A DNA stretch of 64,000 bases from an uncultured archaeon (GCA_964632315.1 CAZWEM010000016.1:13924-77923); one strand, 5' to 3'; positions 38,717 to 49,000 are shown, counted from the stretch's first letter. Notes: generated from the sequence alone by a model not told the origin. Made by a program: numbers and translations.

Positions 38717-39973
38717 CTAAAAAATTATGAAATTCGTGTGACTAATTAGCTCATCCAAAACAAAATTAGTAAAAGTATCTTCTATATCTTCGGAATTGTA
38801 AAGATTTCTCATAAAATCAGCATAATCTTCTATTTTATTAACTCTAACAATGGCGAATAATCCATATTGTTCTCCAATTCTAAATAGATCTGTAATGTAT
38901 TTATTTGAATCTAGTCTCTTAGCAAGCTCATCATATTTTGAAGGATTTTTTGGTTTTATCCTAAGTAGATATTTTCCTTCAAACCCTACTTTTTTCGGAG
39001 AAAAGTTTACGGTATAATTTAAGATATTTCCATTATTTTCCAATCTTTTAATTCTATTATGTACAGTTGATTGAGATATTTCCATTTGAAATTGATTCTT
39101 GAAAATTTTACTTATTTCATATGTCGATATCGGTCTAGAGCCTTGAAAATCCCGAAGTATATGAAGAATTGAAAAATCAATATCATCTATTTCAAATTCT
39201 GTATCCGCAATTTTCTTATCTGGTTTTAAGCCAATAATTTTGAATATCATTTCTATAATTTGTTCTATCTTACTATCCTTTTTTAAACCAGAAATAACAA
39301 CTTTTCCATTTTCAAATATCGTAAATGATCTTGTTGGGCTCTCAAATCTTATTAATAGACCTGGAAATTTCTCGGGATTAAATTCGATATTCATTTTTTC
39401 TTTATTCCTTGAAATAATTTCATTTAAGTCCAATCTCTCTTTAAGTTCTACTATAACATTATTTTTAGAAGGATCTTTGTTTTCTAAATCATCAATCAAT
39501 TTTTCTTTCAGTGACATTCTTGTTTTTCTTAAACTTATACCGTTTGTTTTAAACACCTTAATAGTGTCAATAATTTGGTATTTTTTAAAATAGGACTTTG
39601 CCATTATTTTATCAATCGTGTTCAATATCTGATAATATTCTCTTGAAGATTTAAAAATTAATAAAGCAAATAAAGAAAAATCCCCAATAATACCATCTAA
39701 CATCCTTAATTGTGAGATTTTTAATAGTTCATTTACCAATTCAGGTTCTTTAGGATTAGTTTTAATCTCAAGCATCACAAATTTCAAGTTATTGGGTCGA
39801 ATATCAGGATTTATGTTTATAGTAAAGTTTGTAATAATTCTGTCTTTTCTTAAATAACCAAGCTTATTTTGATATGTTTGCCTTGATAGTCCTAATTTTC
39901 GGGAATTTTTTGAAGCGCTGAACTTGGATTTACTATTTAGATTTTTTAATATATTTAAGGATTGGATATTCAT
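38717..39973 (-). CDS. Tandem Lrp/AsnC regulator with an inserted single TBP-like repeat
   Basis: Two HTH-RAM modules. Residues ~172-248 read LDLNEI...IEFNPEKFPGLLIRFESPTRSFTIFENGKVVISGLK, a TBP repeat signature. Confidence 0.85.
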   Translation of the reverse strand: MNIQSLNILKNLNSKSKFSASKNSRKLGLSRQTYQNKLGYLRKDRIITNFTININPDIRPNNLKFVMLEIKTNPKEPELVNELLKISQLRMLDGIIGDFSLFALLIFKSSREYYQILNTIDKIMAKSYFKKYQIIDTIKVFKTNGISLRKTRMSLKEKLIDDLENKDPSKNNVIVELKERLDLNEIISRNKEKMNIEFNPEKFPGLLIRFESPTRSFTIFENGKVVISGLKKDSKIEQIIEMIFKIIGLKPDKKIADTEFEIDDIDFSILHILRDFQGSRPISTYEISKIFKNQFQMEISQSTVHNRIKRLENNGNILNYTVNFSPKKVGFEGKYLLRIKPKNPSKYDELAKRLDSNKYITDLFRIGEQYGLFAIVRVNKIEDYADFMRNLYNSEDIEDTFTNFVLDELISHTNFIIF

Positions 39974-40110
39974 TTCATTACATTTTATTAATTTTTATGG
40001 AAATTATAAATTAAATGTTAGTTTTTACATAAAAATATTTGCTTTTAACCAAAAAAAGCTTTATTAATTAATTAAACTTAAAAATCTTAAAACTCAAAAA
40101 CTGAACAAAA

Positions 40111-41379
40111 ATGGTAAATTACAAAGTTGCTGATGAAAACCTTGCAGAACAAGGCAAAGAAGCTTTATACATTGCTGAAAATAAAATGCCGGTAACAGCT
40201 AAAGTCATCAGAGAGCGATTTGAAAGAGAAAAACCTTTAAAAGGAATAACGATAGCAGGATGCCTACATGTTACCAAAGAAACTGGAAATCTGGCCCGAA
40301 CTCTAAAAGCTGGCGGAGCAGAAGTATACTTATGTGGTAGTAATCCATTATCTACACAGGATGATGTCTCAGCTGCTTTAATCAAGGAAGGCATTAATGT
40401 TTTTGCGTGGCACGGAAACACTGATGAGGAATTTTACTGGTGTATCAGACAATGTCTTAAAGCCAAACCAAATATATTGATTGATGATGGGGCCGATATG
40501 ATAGTCACTGCCCACAAGGAATTCCCTGAATTAATTCAAGATGGTACTATAATTGCTTGTCAAGAAGAGACAACTACGGGGGTAAAACGATTTAGGGCAA
40601 TGGATAAGCAAGGAGCCCTTAAAGTTCCTTTATTTCCAGTTAATGACGCACGATGTAAAAATCAATTTGATAATGAATTGGGCACGGGACAAGGTATTGT
40701 GGCAGCAATCTATGGAATGCATGTTTTATTTGCTGGAAAGAATGTAGTTATTGCGGGATATGGGCATTGTTCATCTGGAATGGCTCTTCGAGCAAGAGGA
40801 TTAGGCGCAAGTGTAACGGTTACAGAAGTAGATCCCATCAAAGCACTTCAAGCAAAATTTTCTGGTTTTAACGTGATGCCTATTGCAGAAGCTTTACCTA
40901 AAGCAGATATAGTTCTCACTGCGACCGGATGTAAACATGTTATTACTCCTACTGAAGAAATGTTCAATAAACTTAAAGATGGGGTGATTCTTGGCAATTT
41001 AGGTCATTTCGATATTGAGATTCCAACAAAAGAACTCTATGAATATTCTAAAGAGATTAATCCAATTCGAAAGGATGTAGAGGAATTAATCTTTTCTGAA
41101 GGTAAGAAAGTATATTTATTAGCAAAGGGAAGACTGGCTAACTTGGTTTTATCTGAAGGGCATCCAAGCGAAGTCATGGATATGTCATTTGCACTTCAGT
41201 CATTAATGTCCGAATTCATCGTCAAGAATAAGGAAAAGCTGAAAGCCGGTATAATTGAAGTCCCTACTGAAATAGACGACCAAGTTGGACTTTTAAAGCT
41301 TAAAGCAATGGGGGTTGAAATTGATAAGCTAACTGAAGAACAATATAATTACATTCATGGTTATGAAGAAGGAACTTAA
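40111..41379 (+). CDS. ahcY: Adenosylhomocysteinase
   Basis: GCLHVTKET, SNPLSTQD, DDGAD, EETTTG, VND..K..FDN, GYG, GRLANL..EGHP.EVMDMSF. Confidence 0.97.
   Translation: MVNYKVADENLAEQGKEALYIAENKMPVTAKVIRERFEREKPLKGITIAGCLHVTKETGNLARTLKAGGAEVYLCGSNPLSTQDDVSAALIKEGINVFAWHGNTDEEFYWCIRQCLKAKPNILIDDGADMIVTAHKEFPELIQDGTIIACQEETTTGVKRFRAMDKQGALKVPLFPVNDARCKNQFDNELGTGQGIVAAIYGMHVLFAGKNVVIAGYGHCSSGMALRARGLGASVTVTEVDPIKALQAKFSGFNVMPIAEALPKADIVLTATGCKHVITPTEEMFNKLKDGVILGNLGHFDIEIPTKELYEYSKEINPIRKDVEELIFSEGKKVYLLAKGRLANLVLSEGHPSEVMDMSFALQSLMSEFIVKNKEKLKAGIIEVPTEIDDQVGLLKLKAMGVEIDKLTEEQYNYIHGYEEGT
41266..41379 (+). repeat. ahcY 3' end, copy 1 of a 114-bp direct repeat
   Basis: Aligns without gaps to 45059-45172 (92/114 identical by hand count). 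Confidence 0.9.
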
Positions 41380-41785
41380 TTTTTTATTTTAAATTATTTT
41401 TTTCGACCTACTGGGCAACCTGGCCAATAAAAAGGATCAAATTTTTCTTTATTAAATCTATCATACCACTCTTTAACAAATTCTTTGATTAAAAGAAAAG
41501 TTGGAAGCGGGAAGAAATTATAAAAATAGAAATTCAAGATTGAATTATTAAATCAGCATCACTTCACTTCAATAAAATTTATTCAATTATTTCTTGATTT
41601 TATTGAATAGCATCATAGACCAAAAATATCTCAAAAAAACCCATTTAGAGAATAAAGATGTACATTTGGATTATGTAATAATCGAAAAAATTACACTAGA
41701 ATTAATAATAGTTTGGCTGGAATAAGTAATTGTTTAATTTATCTCCATATATTTAATAATTAAATATTAAAAATTAATTCAAATC

Positions 41786-44044
41786 ATGAATTCTATTTTT
41801 GAAAAAATTATTGAACCTACTGACAAATTTATATTTTTAGTTGGAGCAGGAATTTCTATGGATACTCCAAGTAGACTGCCTTCAGCTAAAAAGTTTGTTG
41901 AAACTCTGGTAAGATTATCCGTTCCTGCTGAAGAAATTGATCTGATTTTACAACAAGAATCTTTAAGATATGAGGTTTTTATTGAACAACTTCAACAATA
42001 TATTGATAAATCTCTTAGATTTCTGGATTTTTTGGAAACAAGAATGAAACCAAATCTTATCCATTACTTTTTAGGTCATAACATTATTGCTAAAAACTTT
42101 GTAATAACCACGAATTTTGATTACTTAATTGAATATGCACTGATAAACCTTCTTTCCAAAGAAGAAAGGAGCAAGATAAATCCTATAATCCTAAAAAAAC
42201 AATATTTAGATCTTAATCCGATAAGCGATTTAGCAAATACCAAACAGTTCTTACTTTTTAAACTCCATGGGTCAAAGAGAAATCTTATAACAGAACAAAA
42301 TACAATCGAATCTTTGATTACTACCATTTCCTCACTAGGAAGGGATCGAGAGGAAGGGGACACTTTGACTATTGAACCATATAAAAAGCCAATAATTTCT
42401 AAAATAATAAAAGATCGTGTTCTAATCATATTAGGCTATTCTGGAAGTGATGATTTTGATATTACTCCTTTCTTAAAAGAAATCACTTCATATCGAAAAG
42501 TCATTTGGATTGACCATATCCTGAAAACAGGATTAGAAAATATAGAAATAAATCATTTCAATTCAGGTTTAAATTCAGATCTAGCAAAACAAGAAAAACT
42601 CTTATTTGATATAAAGAATACACACAATATTGAGACATACTTAGTCAAAGTGAATACTAAAACTTTTATATCAGAAATCTTATGGTCGAAAATTCTACCA
42701 TCCATTGCAATCACTAAAGAAGAGGTTGAGGATGATATAATTTATCCTGATTTTGATGAATGGATAAAAACATTGGATGAGTATGAAAATATTGATTTAA
42801 TTACCCAATATAAATTCGCAGGATATATTTACTACAGTCTAAGTGATTGGAAAAATGCAGGACGTGTATGGCAAAAAGGATTAGATTTAGCTAGATCTAA
42901 GAATGATCTAAAAGGGGAATCAGAATTTTTAACCAATGTTGCAAGCCTCCCTTCTAGAGAATTACCCATTAATGAATGTTTAGAAAATTTAGAAGTAGCA
43001 AAAAATTTATATGTCAAGCTTAATGATTATGAAGGGCAATCATCTTGTCTGAATAATATCGGAACCATCTATTCTAATGAAGCCGATTTCAAAAATGCTA
43101 TAAATAATTATTTGGAATCATTAAAGCTTAATGAAATACATAATGATTTAGAGGGATCTATAGTCCCTCTTCTTAATCTTGGAGCCACTTATGGAAAAAT
43201 GGGAAATCAGGATAAAGCTTTAGATTATTATCAAAAAGTTTTAAATATAGTAAATAAAACAGGAGATTTGCAACATAAAGCGCAAGCACTGATGAATATT
43301 GGGGTGGTTCATAAAGCCTCTGGAGAGAAGGAGAAAGCCTTGAAATTTTTTGAAGAAGCTTTACAGATTGATATTTTACTTGGAACAATTCCAGAACAAA
43401 CTGTAAGGCTAAATTATATTGGTTTAACATATCAAGATTTAGGGGATTATGACAAAGCATTTGAATTTTTTAATAGAGGACTTTATTTAGCAACAGAGAT
43501 AAATGATTATGAGAGCAAGGCAAGTCTCTTTCATATGATTGGAAATTTACATGATCTTTTGAAAAACAAGCTAGAAGCTACTAAGAATTGGGAGAATGCT
43601 CTTAAAATTTGTGAAGAACACAATATGATCCCTAATAAAGTGAACATTCTAAACTCTATGGGATCCTCCGCCTATAATCTCGGGAATTATGATGAAGCTT
43701 TAGCACTATTCAGGCGCTCTTTAGAAACCGCTCAGGTAATTGGTGATAAGAATTTCATTATTGAAATGTATAATAGTATAGCTGTAGTATCTCATACTAT
43801 GCAAGACTACGAAAGATCTTATAATAGTTATTTAATGATCCTTGATCTCTTAAAAGATGGCGATGATATAGAGAGAAAAGCGAAATATCTTAGAAGTATG
43901 GCTATTTCTTATTATAATTATACACAAGATTGTGAAATGGCAATTGAGATATTAAAAGATGCCCAAGCAATTTATGAAGGATTAGGTGATGCTCAAACTA
44001 TAGAGGAAATTAAAAATGACATTGAAAATCTTCAAAATCAATAA
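41786..44044 (+). CDS. SIR2-like NADase domain plus TPR-repeat protein (candidate defence effector)
   Basis: FLVGAGIS, ITTNFD, KLHGS and LGYSGSDDFDI motifs, then about 10 TPRs (LNNIGTIY, LLNLGATY, LMNIGVVH, LNYIGLTY). Confidence 0.9.
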   Translation: MNSIFEKIIEPTDKFIFLVGAGISMDTPSRLPSAKKFVETLVRLSVPAEEIDLILQQESLRYEVFIEQLQQYIDKSLRFLDFLETRMKPNLIHYFLGHNIIAKNFVITTNFDYLIEYALINLLSKEERSKINPIILKKQYLDLNPISDLANTKQFLLFKLHGSKRNLITEQNTIESLITTISSLGRDREEGDTLTIEPYKKPIISKIIKDRVLIILGYSGSDDFDITPFLKEITSYRKVIWIDHILKTGLENIEINHFNSGLNSDLAKQEKLLFDIKNTHNIETYLVKVNTKTFISEILWSKILPSIAITKEEVEDDIIYPDFDEWIKTLDEYENIDLITQYKFAGYIYYSLSDWKNAGRVWQKGLDLARSKNDLKGESEFLTNVASLPSRELPINECLENLEVAKNLYVKLNDYEGQSSCLNNIGTIYSNEADFKNAINNYLESLKLNEIHNDLEGSIVPLLNLGATYGKMGNQDKALDYYQKVLNIVNKTGDLQHKAQALMNIGVVHKASGEKEKALKFFEEALQIDILLGTIPEQTVRLNYIGLTYQDLGDYDKAFEFFNRGLYLATEINDYESKASLFHMIGNLHDLLKNKLEATKNWENALKICEEHNMIPNKVNILNSMGSSAYNLGNYDEALALFRRSLETAQVIGDKNFIIEMYNSIAVVSHTMQDYERSYNSYLMILDLLKDGDDIERKAKYLRSMAISYYNYTQDCEMAIEILKDAQAIYEGLGDAQTIEEIKNDIENLQNQ

Positions 44045-44194
44045 ATTATATTCCTACTAAATTATGTTTGATGTAGAAAAATGTGTAAGATGTGGAAAAT
44101 GCTTAGAAAGTTGTCCCATAATCGATTTAAATATTAATTCTTATGAGAAATATTTTTAGAAGTATTTTAATTCAGTAATGCAAATGTTGAATTT

Positions 44195-45028
44195 ATGAGT
44201 GATAATTTCCTAAAAAAATATGAGCTTGCAATTTATTACATACTAACGTTTGTATTTATGGGTATTGGGGCTTTAATATCATTCATATTTCAAATCGAGA
44301 TTTTTAGTATCACTAACTTAGATGCTATTGCTTTGATTTTGTGGGTGTTCATGGTCTTTAGTCCCACCTACTCTGCTTTCCTTCTTACAGGTATAAATTA
44401 TGGTAAAGAAGGTCTGAAAGAACTATTCTCAGGTTACTTAAAGTTTAGAGTATTATGGAAATGGTGGTTAGGTGCATTAGCTCTTATAATTGTGCCATTT
44501 TTGATATGTGTCGTCATTGCATTAGTAAGTGGAGGATACACGCTTCCTGGGGAGTTTACAATCCCGCTTTTACTTGTTAGTATAGTTTACACCTTCTTTT
44601 CTGGGCCTATCGCGGAAGAAGCTGGTTGGAGAGGTTTTGCACTCCCCCGAATGCTTAAGAAACAAAGTGCTACTACTGCTACACTCTTACAAGGGGTGAT
44701 TTGGATTTTTTGGCATGTGCCTTTAATCATTGTTCCGGCATCCTCTCAATCAACCGCATTTTGGCCAGTTTATGCTATTTTAATATTATTGATTAATATT
44801 ATTTTAAACTGGTTATATATAAATTCAAAAGGTAGCTTAGCAATTACAATCCTTGCCCACTTCTCTTTTAATTTTAGTAGCGTACTTATAATTAGTTTGC
44901 TCTCTTTGGTTCCATACATGATCTTTAGTATTGTAGGCTCTATTCTCGGAGTGCTTTATCTCTTGTATATATATATCTTGTTTGGTTCGAAGACATACAA
45001 ACGCCGTTCTAAACAAGCTAAAGAATAA
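44195..45028 (+). CDS. CPBP (CAAX protease/Abi) family intramembrane metalloprotease
   Basis: EEAGWRGFALPR, WIFWHVP, AHFSFN motifs. Confidence 0.92.
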   Translation: MSDNFLKKYELAIYYILTFVFMGIGALISFIFQIEIFSITNLDAIALILWVFMVFSPTYSAFLLTGINYGKEGLKELFSGYLKFRVLWKWWLGALALIIVPFLICVVIALVSGGYTLPGEFTIPLLLVSIVYTFFSGPIAEEAGWRGFALPRMLKKQSATTATLLQGVIWIFWHVPLIIVPASSQSTAFWPVYAILILLINIILNWLYINSKGSLAITILAHFSFNFSSVLIISLLSLVPYMIFSIVGSILGVLYLLYIYILFGSKTYKRRSKQAKE

Positions 45029-45058
45029 TCTAAATCCTATTTTCTTTTTGATTTTAAT

Positions 45059-45172
45059 ACTGAAATCGATGACCAAGTTGGGTTCCTAAAGCTTCAATCA
45101 ATGGCTGTTGAAACTGATGAGTCAACAAAAGAGCAATATAATTATATCCATAGCTACGAAGAAGGAACTTAA
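45059..45172 (+). repeat. Orphan diverged copy of the ahcY 3' end (copy 2)
   Basis: Translates as TEIDDQVGFLKLQSMAVETDESTKEQYNYIHSYEEGT*, versus AhcY TEIDDQVGLLKLKAMGVEIDKLTEEQYNYIHGYEEGT*. Confidence 0.9.
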
Positions 45173-45305
45173 ATTCTATCTTTTTTTGTTTTTTTAATTA
45201 CATCTAAATTTGCTTTGCTATTTATTTAAACATAATGATTTTTATTTAAATCATCTCGAGTGATATTTCTAGAGAATCTAAATAGAAAGAAAAAAAATTA
45301 GCAAC

Positions 45306-45905
45306 TTATAATTTTTGTTCATCACTAATACATGGATGAGATCGCATATCAGTATGAGGATATGCGGAATTGAATTTATTTTTCCCATTTTCATGCAACT
45401 CTTTGAACTGCTCACCTATTGCATACATCCAGTCGGCGATTTTAACATTTAACGGAGAATCATACGAGGGTAGATGGGGTTTGATATCTAATACCGGTGA
45501 TCCGTTTATTGCATCTAATCCTTCAACGATAAGAATATTTTCTTTGCATTCGAGAAGTCTTACTGAGCTAAGTGCGAGTGGATTTGGTCTAACAGGAGAT
45601 CTCGTAGCAAATACTCCCTTTATAGGCATTGATTTGAGTCCCGCTGGGTGTACTTTCTTAATACTTCGGGCATGGACCGGTGTTTTATGTGTCCAATATA
45701 TTATCATCAGATGGGAAAAATCTTCGATTCCATCCAAGCATTCCAGATATTCATCATATATGATAATCTCAGAGGTATCAAATGTATGTCTGGATGATTT
45801 AATTCTTTTAGGATCCAACTCAATATCATTATTAGCATATTTGAGTATTTCAGTATCTACTTTATTTTTTACTATTCCTATTGGTCTAATGATACATTCT
45901 TTCAT
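45306..45905 (-). CDS. TsaA/TrmO-family SAM-binding (tRNA m6t6A37 methyltransferase-like) protein
   Basis: PIG.V, LDGIEDFSH, GVFATRSPVRPNPL, GLDAINGSPVLDIKP. Confidence 0.9.
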   Translation of the reverse strand: MKECIIRPIGIVKNKVDTEILKYANNDIELDPKRIKSSRHTFDTSEIIIYDEYLECLDGIEDFSHLMIIYWTHKTPVHARSIKKVHPAGLKSMPIKGVFATRSPVRPNPLALSSVRLLECKENILIVEGLDAINGSPVLDIKPHLPSYDSPLNVKIADWMYAIGEQFKELHENGKNKFNSAYPHTDMRSHPCISDEQKL

Positions 45906-45962
45906 ATTTATTTCACCAATTTTTTTAATTGACTTAAATTATTTTTTTAGAAGAAAAATTTT

Positions 45963-46736
45963 TCAAATTTCTGTTGATGGTTGAATTGGGATAATAAATT
46001 TCATTCCCTCTTTTTCAAGCACTTCCACTTTTACTCCATAGACGGTCTCAATATTTTCCTTACTTATAATCTCTTGTCCTCCACTAGCAAATACTTGACC
46101 TTGATTGAGTATTATAAATTTATCACAATATCTTAGCGCAAGGTTGAGATCATGAATAGCAATAATAATAGATACTCCATTTTCCTTGGTCTCCAATAAT
46201 AAATCCAATACCTCAAGTTGATGCTTTAGATCGAGATTTGCGGTAGGTTCATCTAAAAGTAGAATTTTTGGTGTTTGGACTAAAGCTCGTGCAATAGACA
46301 CCTTCTGGCGCTCTCCACCACTAAGTTGGTTGATATCTCGTAAAGCAAAATCTCCTAAACTCAGTTTTTCAATCATATGTGCCACAATTTCTTTATCTTC
46401 TTTTGTCTCCATCCATTTAATGTGTGGTTTTCTTCCCATAAGTATGAATTCAAAAACAGTGGTGCTAAAAACGTTATTATCATTTTGTGGAACATAACCT
46501 ATCAATTTAGCAATTTCTTCTCTGCTTAAATCTTTTTGATTCTGATTCTGAATAAAAATAGTTCCATTTTTTGGATGTAGTATTTTATCTATATTCCTTA
46601 GTAATGTGCTTTTTCCAGAGCCATTTGGTCCCACAATTCCCAAAAATTCGCCTTCTTCCAACCCAAAACTGATATCAATCAGTACAGGAAGCTTGTTATA
46701 AGAAAAATTTACATTTTTAGCGCTAAGAATCACCAA
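45963..46736 (-). CDS. Iron-chelate/cobalamin ABC transporter ATPase
   Basis: GPNGSGKST, LSGGERQKV, LDEPTANLDLKHQ, HDLNLA. Confidence 0.92.
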   Translation of the reverse strand: MVILSAKNVNFSYNKLPVLIDISFGLEEGEFLGIVGPNGSGKSTLLRNIDKILHPKNGTIFIQNQNQKDLSREEIAKLIGYVPQNDNNVFSTTVFEFILMGRKPHIKWMETKEDKEIVAHMIEKLSLGDFALRDINQLSGGERQKVSIARALVQTPKILLLDEPTANLDLKHQLEVLDLLLETKENGVSIIIAIHDLNLALRYCDKFIILNQGQVFASGGQEIISKENIETVYGVKVEVLEKEGMKFIIPIQPSTEI

Positions 46737-47800
46737 AATCCCCTTTTTTCCTTTTTCAAGAGTAAATATAGAAACATGGGAGCGCCCATAAATGATGTGA
46801 GTATTCCAATCGGCAATACAATAGGAGATATAATGGTGCGTGCGATTGTGTCTGCTATGAGTAAAAATGCTCCCCCAAATATGCTAGAAGCTGGGATCAG
46901 ATATCTTTCATCTCCACCTATAATTCTGCGAACTATGTGGGGAACGACTAGCCCCACAAACGCAACTACGCCAAAAAATGCAGTTACAACTGATACGATG
47001 AGGGATGCAACAAGCATCCCCGTAATTCTTAATCGTTCTGTATTAACCCCGAGGCTTTCTGCAGTTTCATCTCCTGAATTTAGCGCATTATAATCCCAAG
47101 CATTTTTCACGAAATAGAGAAAAGCTGGGAAAATAATTACACATAAAATAAGAAAATTTTCCCAAGTAGAGCGACTAAAATCCCCAAATGTCCAAAAAAT
47201 CACTGATGCTATCTGTACATCACTAGCGAAATACATTAAAGCTGTTGTCAATGCACTAAATAATGAACCTAAAATAACTCCTGTAAGGATCATAGTTTCA
47301 GGTTTTGCACCTTTAAATTTAATTAAAAGTAACATTACACTGGTGCTTAGAAGCGAAGATAAGAATGCAAAAATAGTCACCGAATAGGGATTATTAATCA
47401 ATACGGCGTCACCCGAAAGGCTTTGAATGCTTCCAGCACCAAGTATAATAACTGCAAAAGCTACTCCAAATACTGCAGCTTGTGATATTCCCAAAGTAAA
47501 AGGAGATCCAATTGGGTTTCGCAGGATACTTTGCATGCTCACTCCTGCTAATGATAATGCTACACCTGCCAATAGTGCTGAAAGCACCCTGGGCATTCTT
47601 ATTCTCCAGATGATTATGCCTTGTAATTCATCTCCTCCTCCGAAAAATACTTTAATCACGTCAAGGAAGGAAATTTCAAAAGGTCCAAAACTGATTCCTA
47701 CAAATATAAATATAATGGAAAAAAAAAGACTCAGGATTATAAAATATATCCTTCGTTTATTATAATTCTTATATTCTTTCAGGATGATTTCTGACTTCAT
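46730..47800 (-). CDS. FecCD/BtuC-family ABC permease
   Basis: IRMPR, Q...RNP...P..LGIS, GDETAESLG, FVGLVVPHIVR, LPIGILTS..GAP. Confidence 0.93.
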   Translation of the reverse strand: MKSEIILKEYKNYNKRRIYFIILSLFFSIIFIFVGISFGPFEISFLDVIKVFFGGGDELQGIIIWRIRMPRVLSALLAGVALSLAGVSMQSILRNPIGSPFTLGISQAAVFGVAFAVIILGAGSIQSLSGDAVLINNPYSVTIFAFLSSLLSTSVMLLLIKFKGAKPETMILTGVILGSLFSALTTALMYFASDVQIASVIFWTFGDFSRSTWENFLILCVIIFPAFLYFVKNAWDYNALNSGDETAESLGVNTERLRITGMLVASLIVSVVTAFFGVVAFVGLVVPHIVRRIIGGDERYLIPASSIFGGAFLLIADTIARTIISPIVLPIGILTSFMGAPMFLYLLLKKEKRGFW

Positions 47801-47830
47801 ATCTCTCCCAGATCAAACGTTTATCAGATA

Positions 47831-49000
47831 TTAAGGTGAGCCATATTCATCTATTTCCATTCGAGTAATGTTATGAAAACCTCCATAGAAGTCGGTTTCC
47901 ATATATGCGTATACTCCTTTACCAACAAATTTTTCATAAATTTCGTCATATACTCTGCCATTAGTATAATTTAAATCATTAAATTCTTCAGGAAAGAACT
48001 GCTTTCCTAAATAGTAAGCATCAGCAAAAACAGTACCAAGATTGGTTGTATAATAGTTGTAGGGAAGTGTCATAATTGCGCGCGGGGGATTGGCTTGTAT
48101 GCAATTTAAGAGACCTGCACCCCCTGCTGATTTATTTTGTAGATCTTGCAAGCATAACCCATATCCACCTGCATCAACTATGATATAATCTAATTGGTTT
48201 TGAGATTCCCATTGGAATAATTGTTCCGTATTTATAAAAACATGTCCAGTACATCCTTCAATTAGGCTGGCAGTATTATTTCCATTGATGTATTTTAAGG
48301 GCTCATATTGACAATCGGTTGATGCAATTCCATGGACTCCTTGGTGTCCAATCCCTCCCACGTAAATCCATTCCTTTTCTCCAGGTGGAATGTCCTCAGT
48401 CCTATTACATAAATCAATTATTAATTGATTGATGTAATTTTTTAATTCTACGGCTCGATCTTGCTCATCTAAGATATTTCCAAGAAGATCTAAGGAGTCG
48501 AAGAAGTAATCCAGCTGTAAATCTCCGAAATAATCCCCATAGCCTAATGCTACCACGGGAACTCCCGTTTGTGCTTGCAAAGTATTAGCCTCTTCAATGG
48601 TTCCATAAGTTATAAAAATCACGTCAGGATTTTGCCCAAGAATGAGTTCTGCATCTCCTCCAAATTGCGGACCGATGCTAGGCAGATTTGAGAGTTCGGG
48701 GTGTGCATACAGATAAGGCCTACCGATTGAACTTTGACTTAATCTCTCTATATCCTCTACTCCACAGACAAGAGCCTCTGCACCTATATAGACTAATAAT
48801 CTTAAACAACCAGGATTTACTCCTACTATTCTATCAATGTTGGCCGCGTGAGGAACCTTAATTTCTCTTCCCAAGAAATCGGTTATTGTTCTATCTCCTT
48901 CAAATGTATTTAAATAATAGTTAAAAATCGCTATGCCTGATAGAGTTCCAGCTAATGCAACTATAATAACAATACTTCCAATAATTTTTTTATTTAGCAT
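47831..49000 (-). CDS. Iron/cobalamin ABC substrate-binding protein with N-terminal membrane anchor
   Basis: N-terminal TM; TITDFLGREIKVP..RIV, LPSIG, ELILGQNPDVIF (class III binding-protein motifs). Confidence 0.9.
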   Translation of the reverse strand: MLNKKIIGSIVIIVALAGTLSGIAIFNYYLNTFEGDRTITDFLGREIKVPHAANIDRIVGVNPGCLRLLVYIGAEALVCGVEDIERLSQSSIGRPYLYAHPELSNLPSIGPQFGGDAELILGQNPDVIFITYGTIEEANTLQAQTGVPVVALGYGDYFGDLQLDYFFDSLDLLGNILDEQDRAVELKNYINQLIIDLCNRTEDIPPGEKEWIYVGGIGHQGVHGIASTDCQYEPLKYINGNNTASLIEGCTGHVFINTEQLFQWESQNQLDYIIVDAGGYGLCLQDLQNKSAGGAGLLNCIQANPPRAIMTLPYNYYTTNLGTVFADAYYLGKQFFPEEFNDLNYTNGRVYDEIYEKFVGKGVYAYMETDFYGGFHNITRMEIDEYGSP

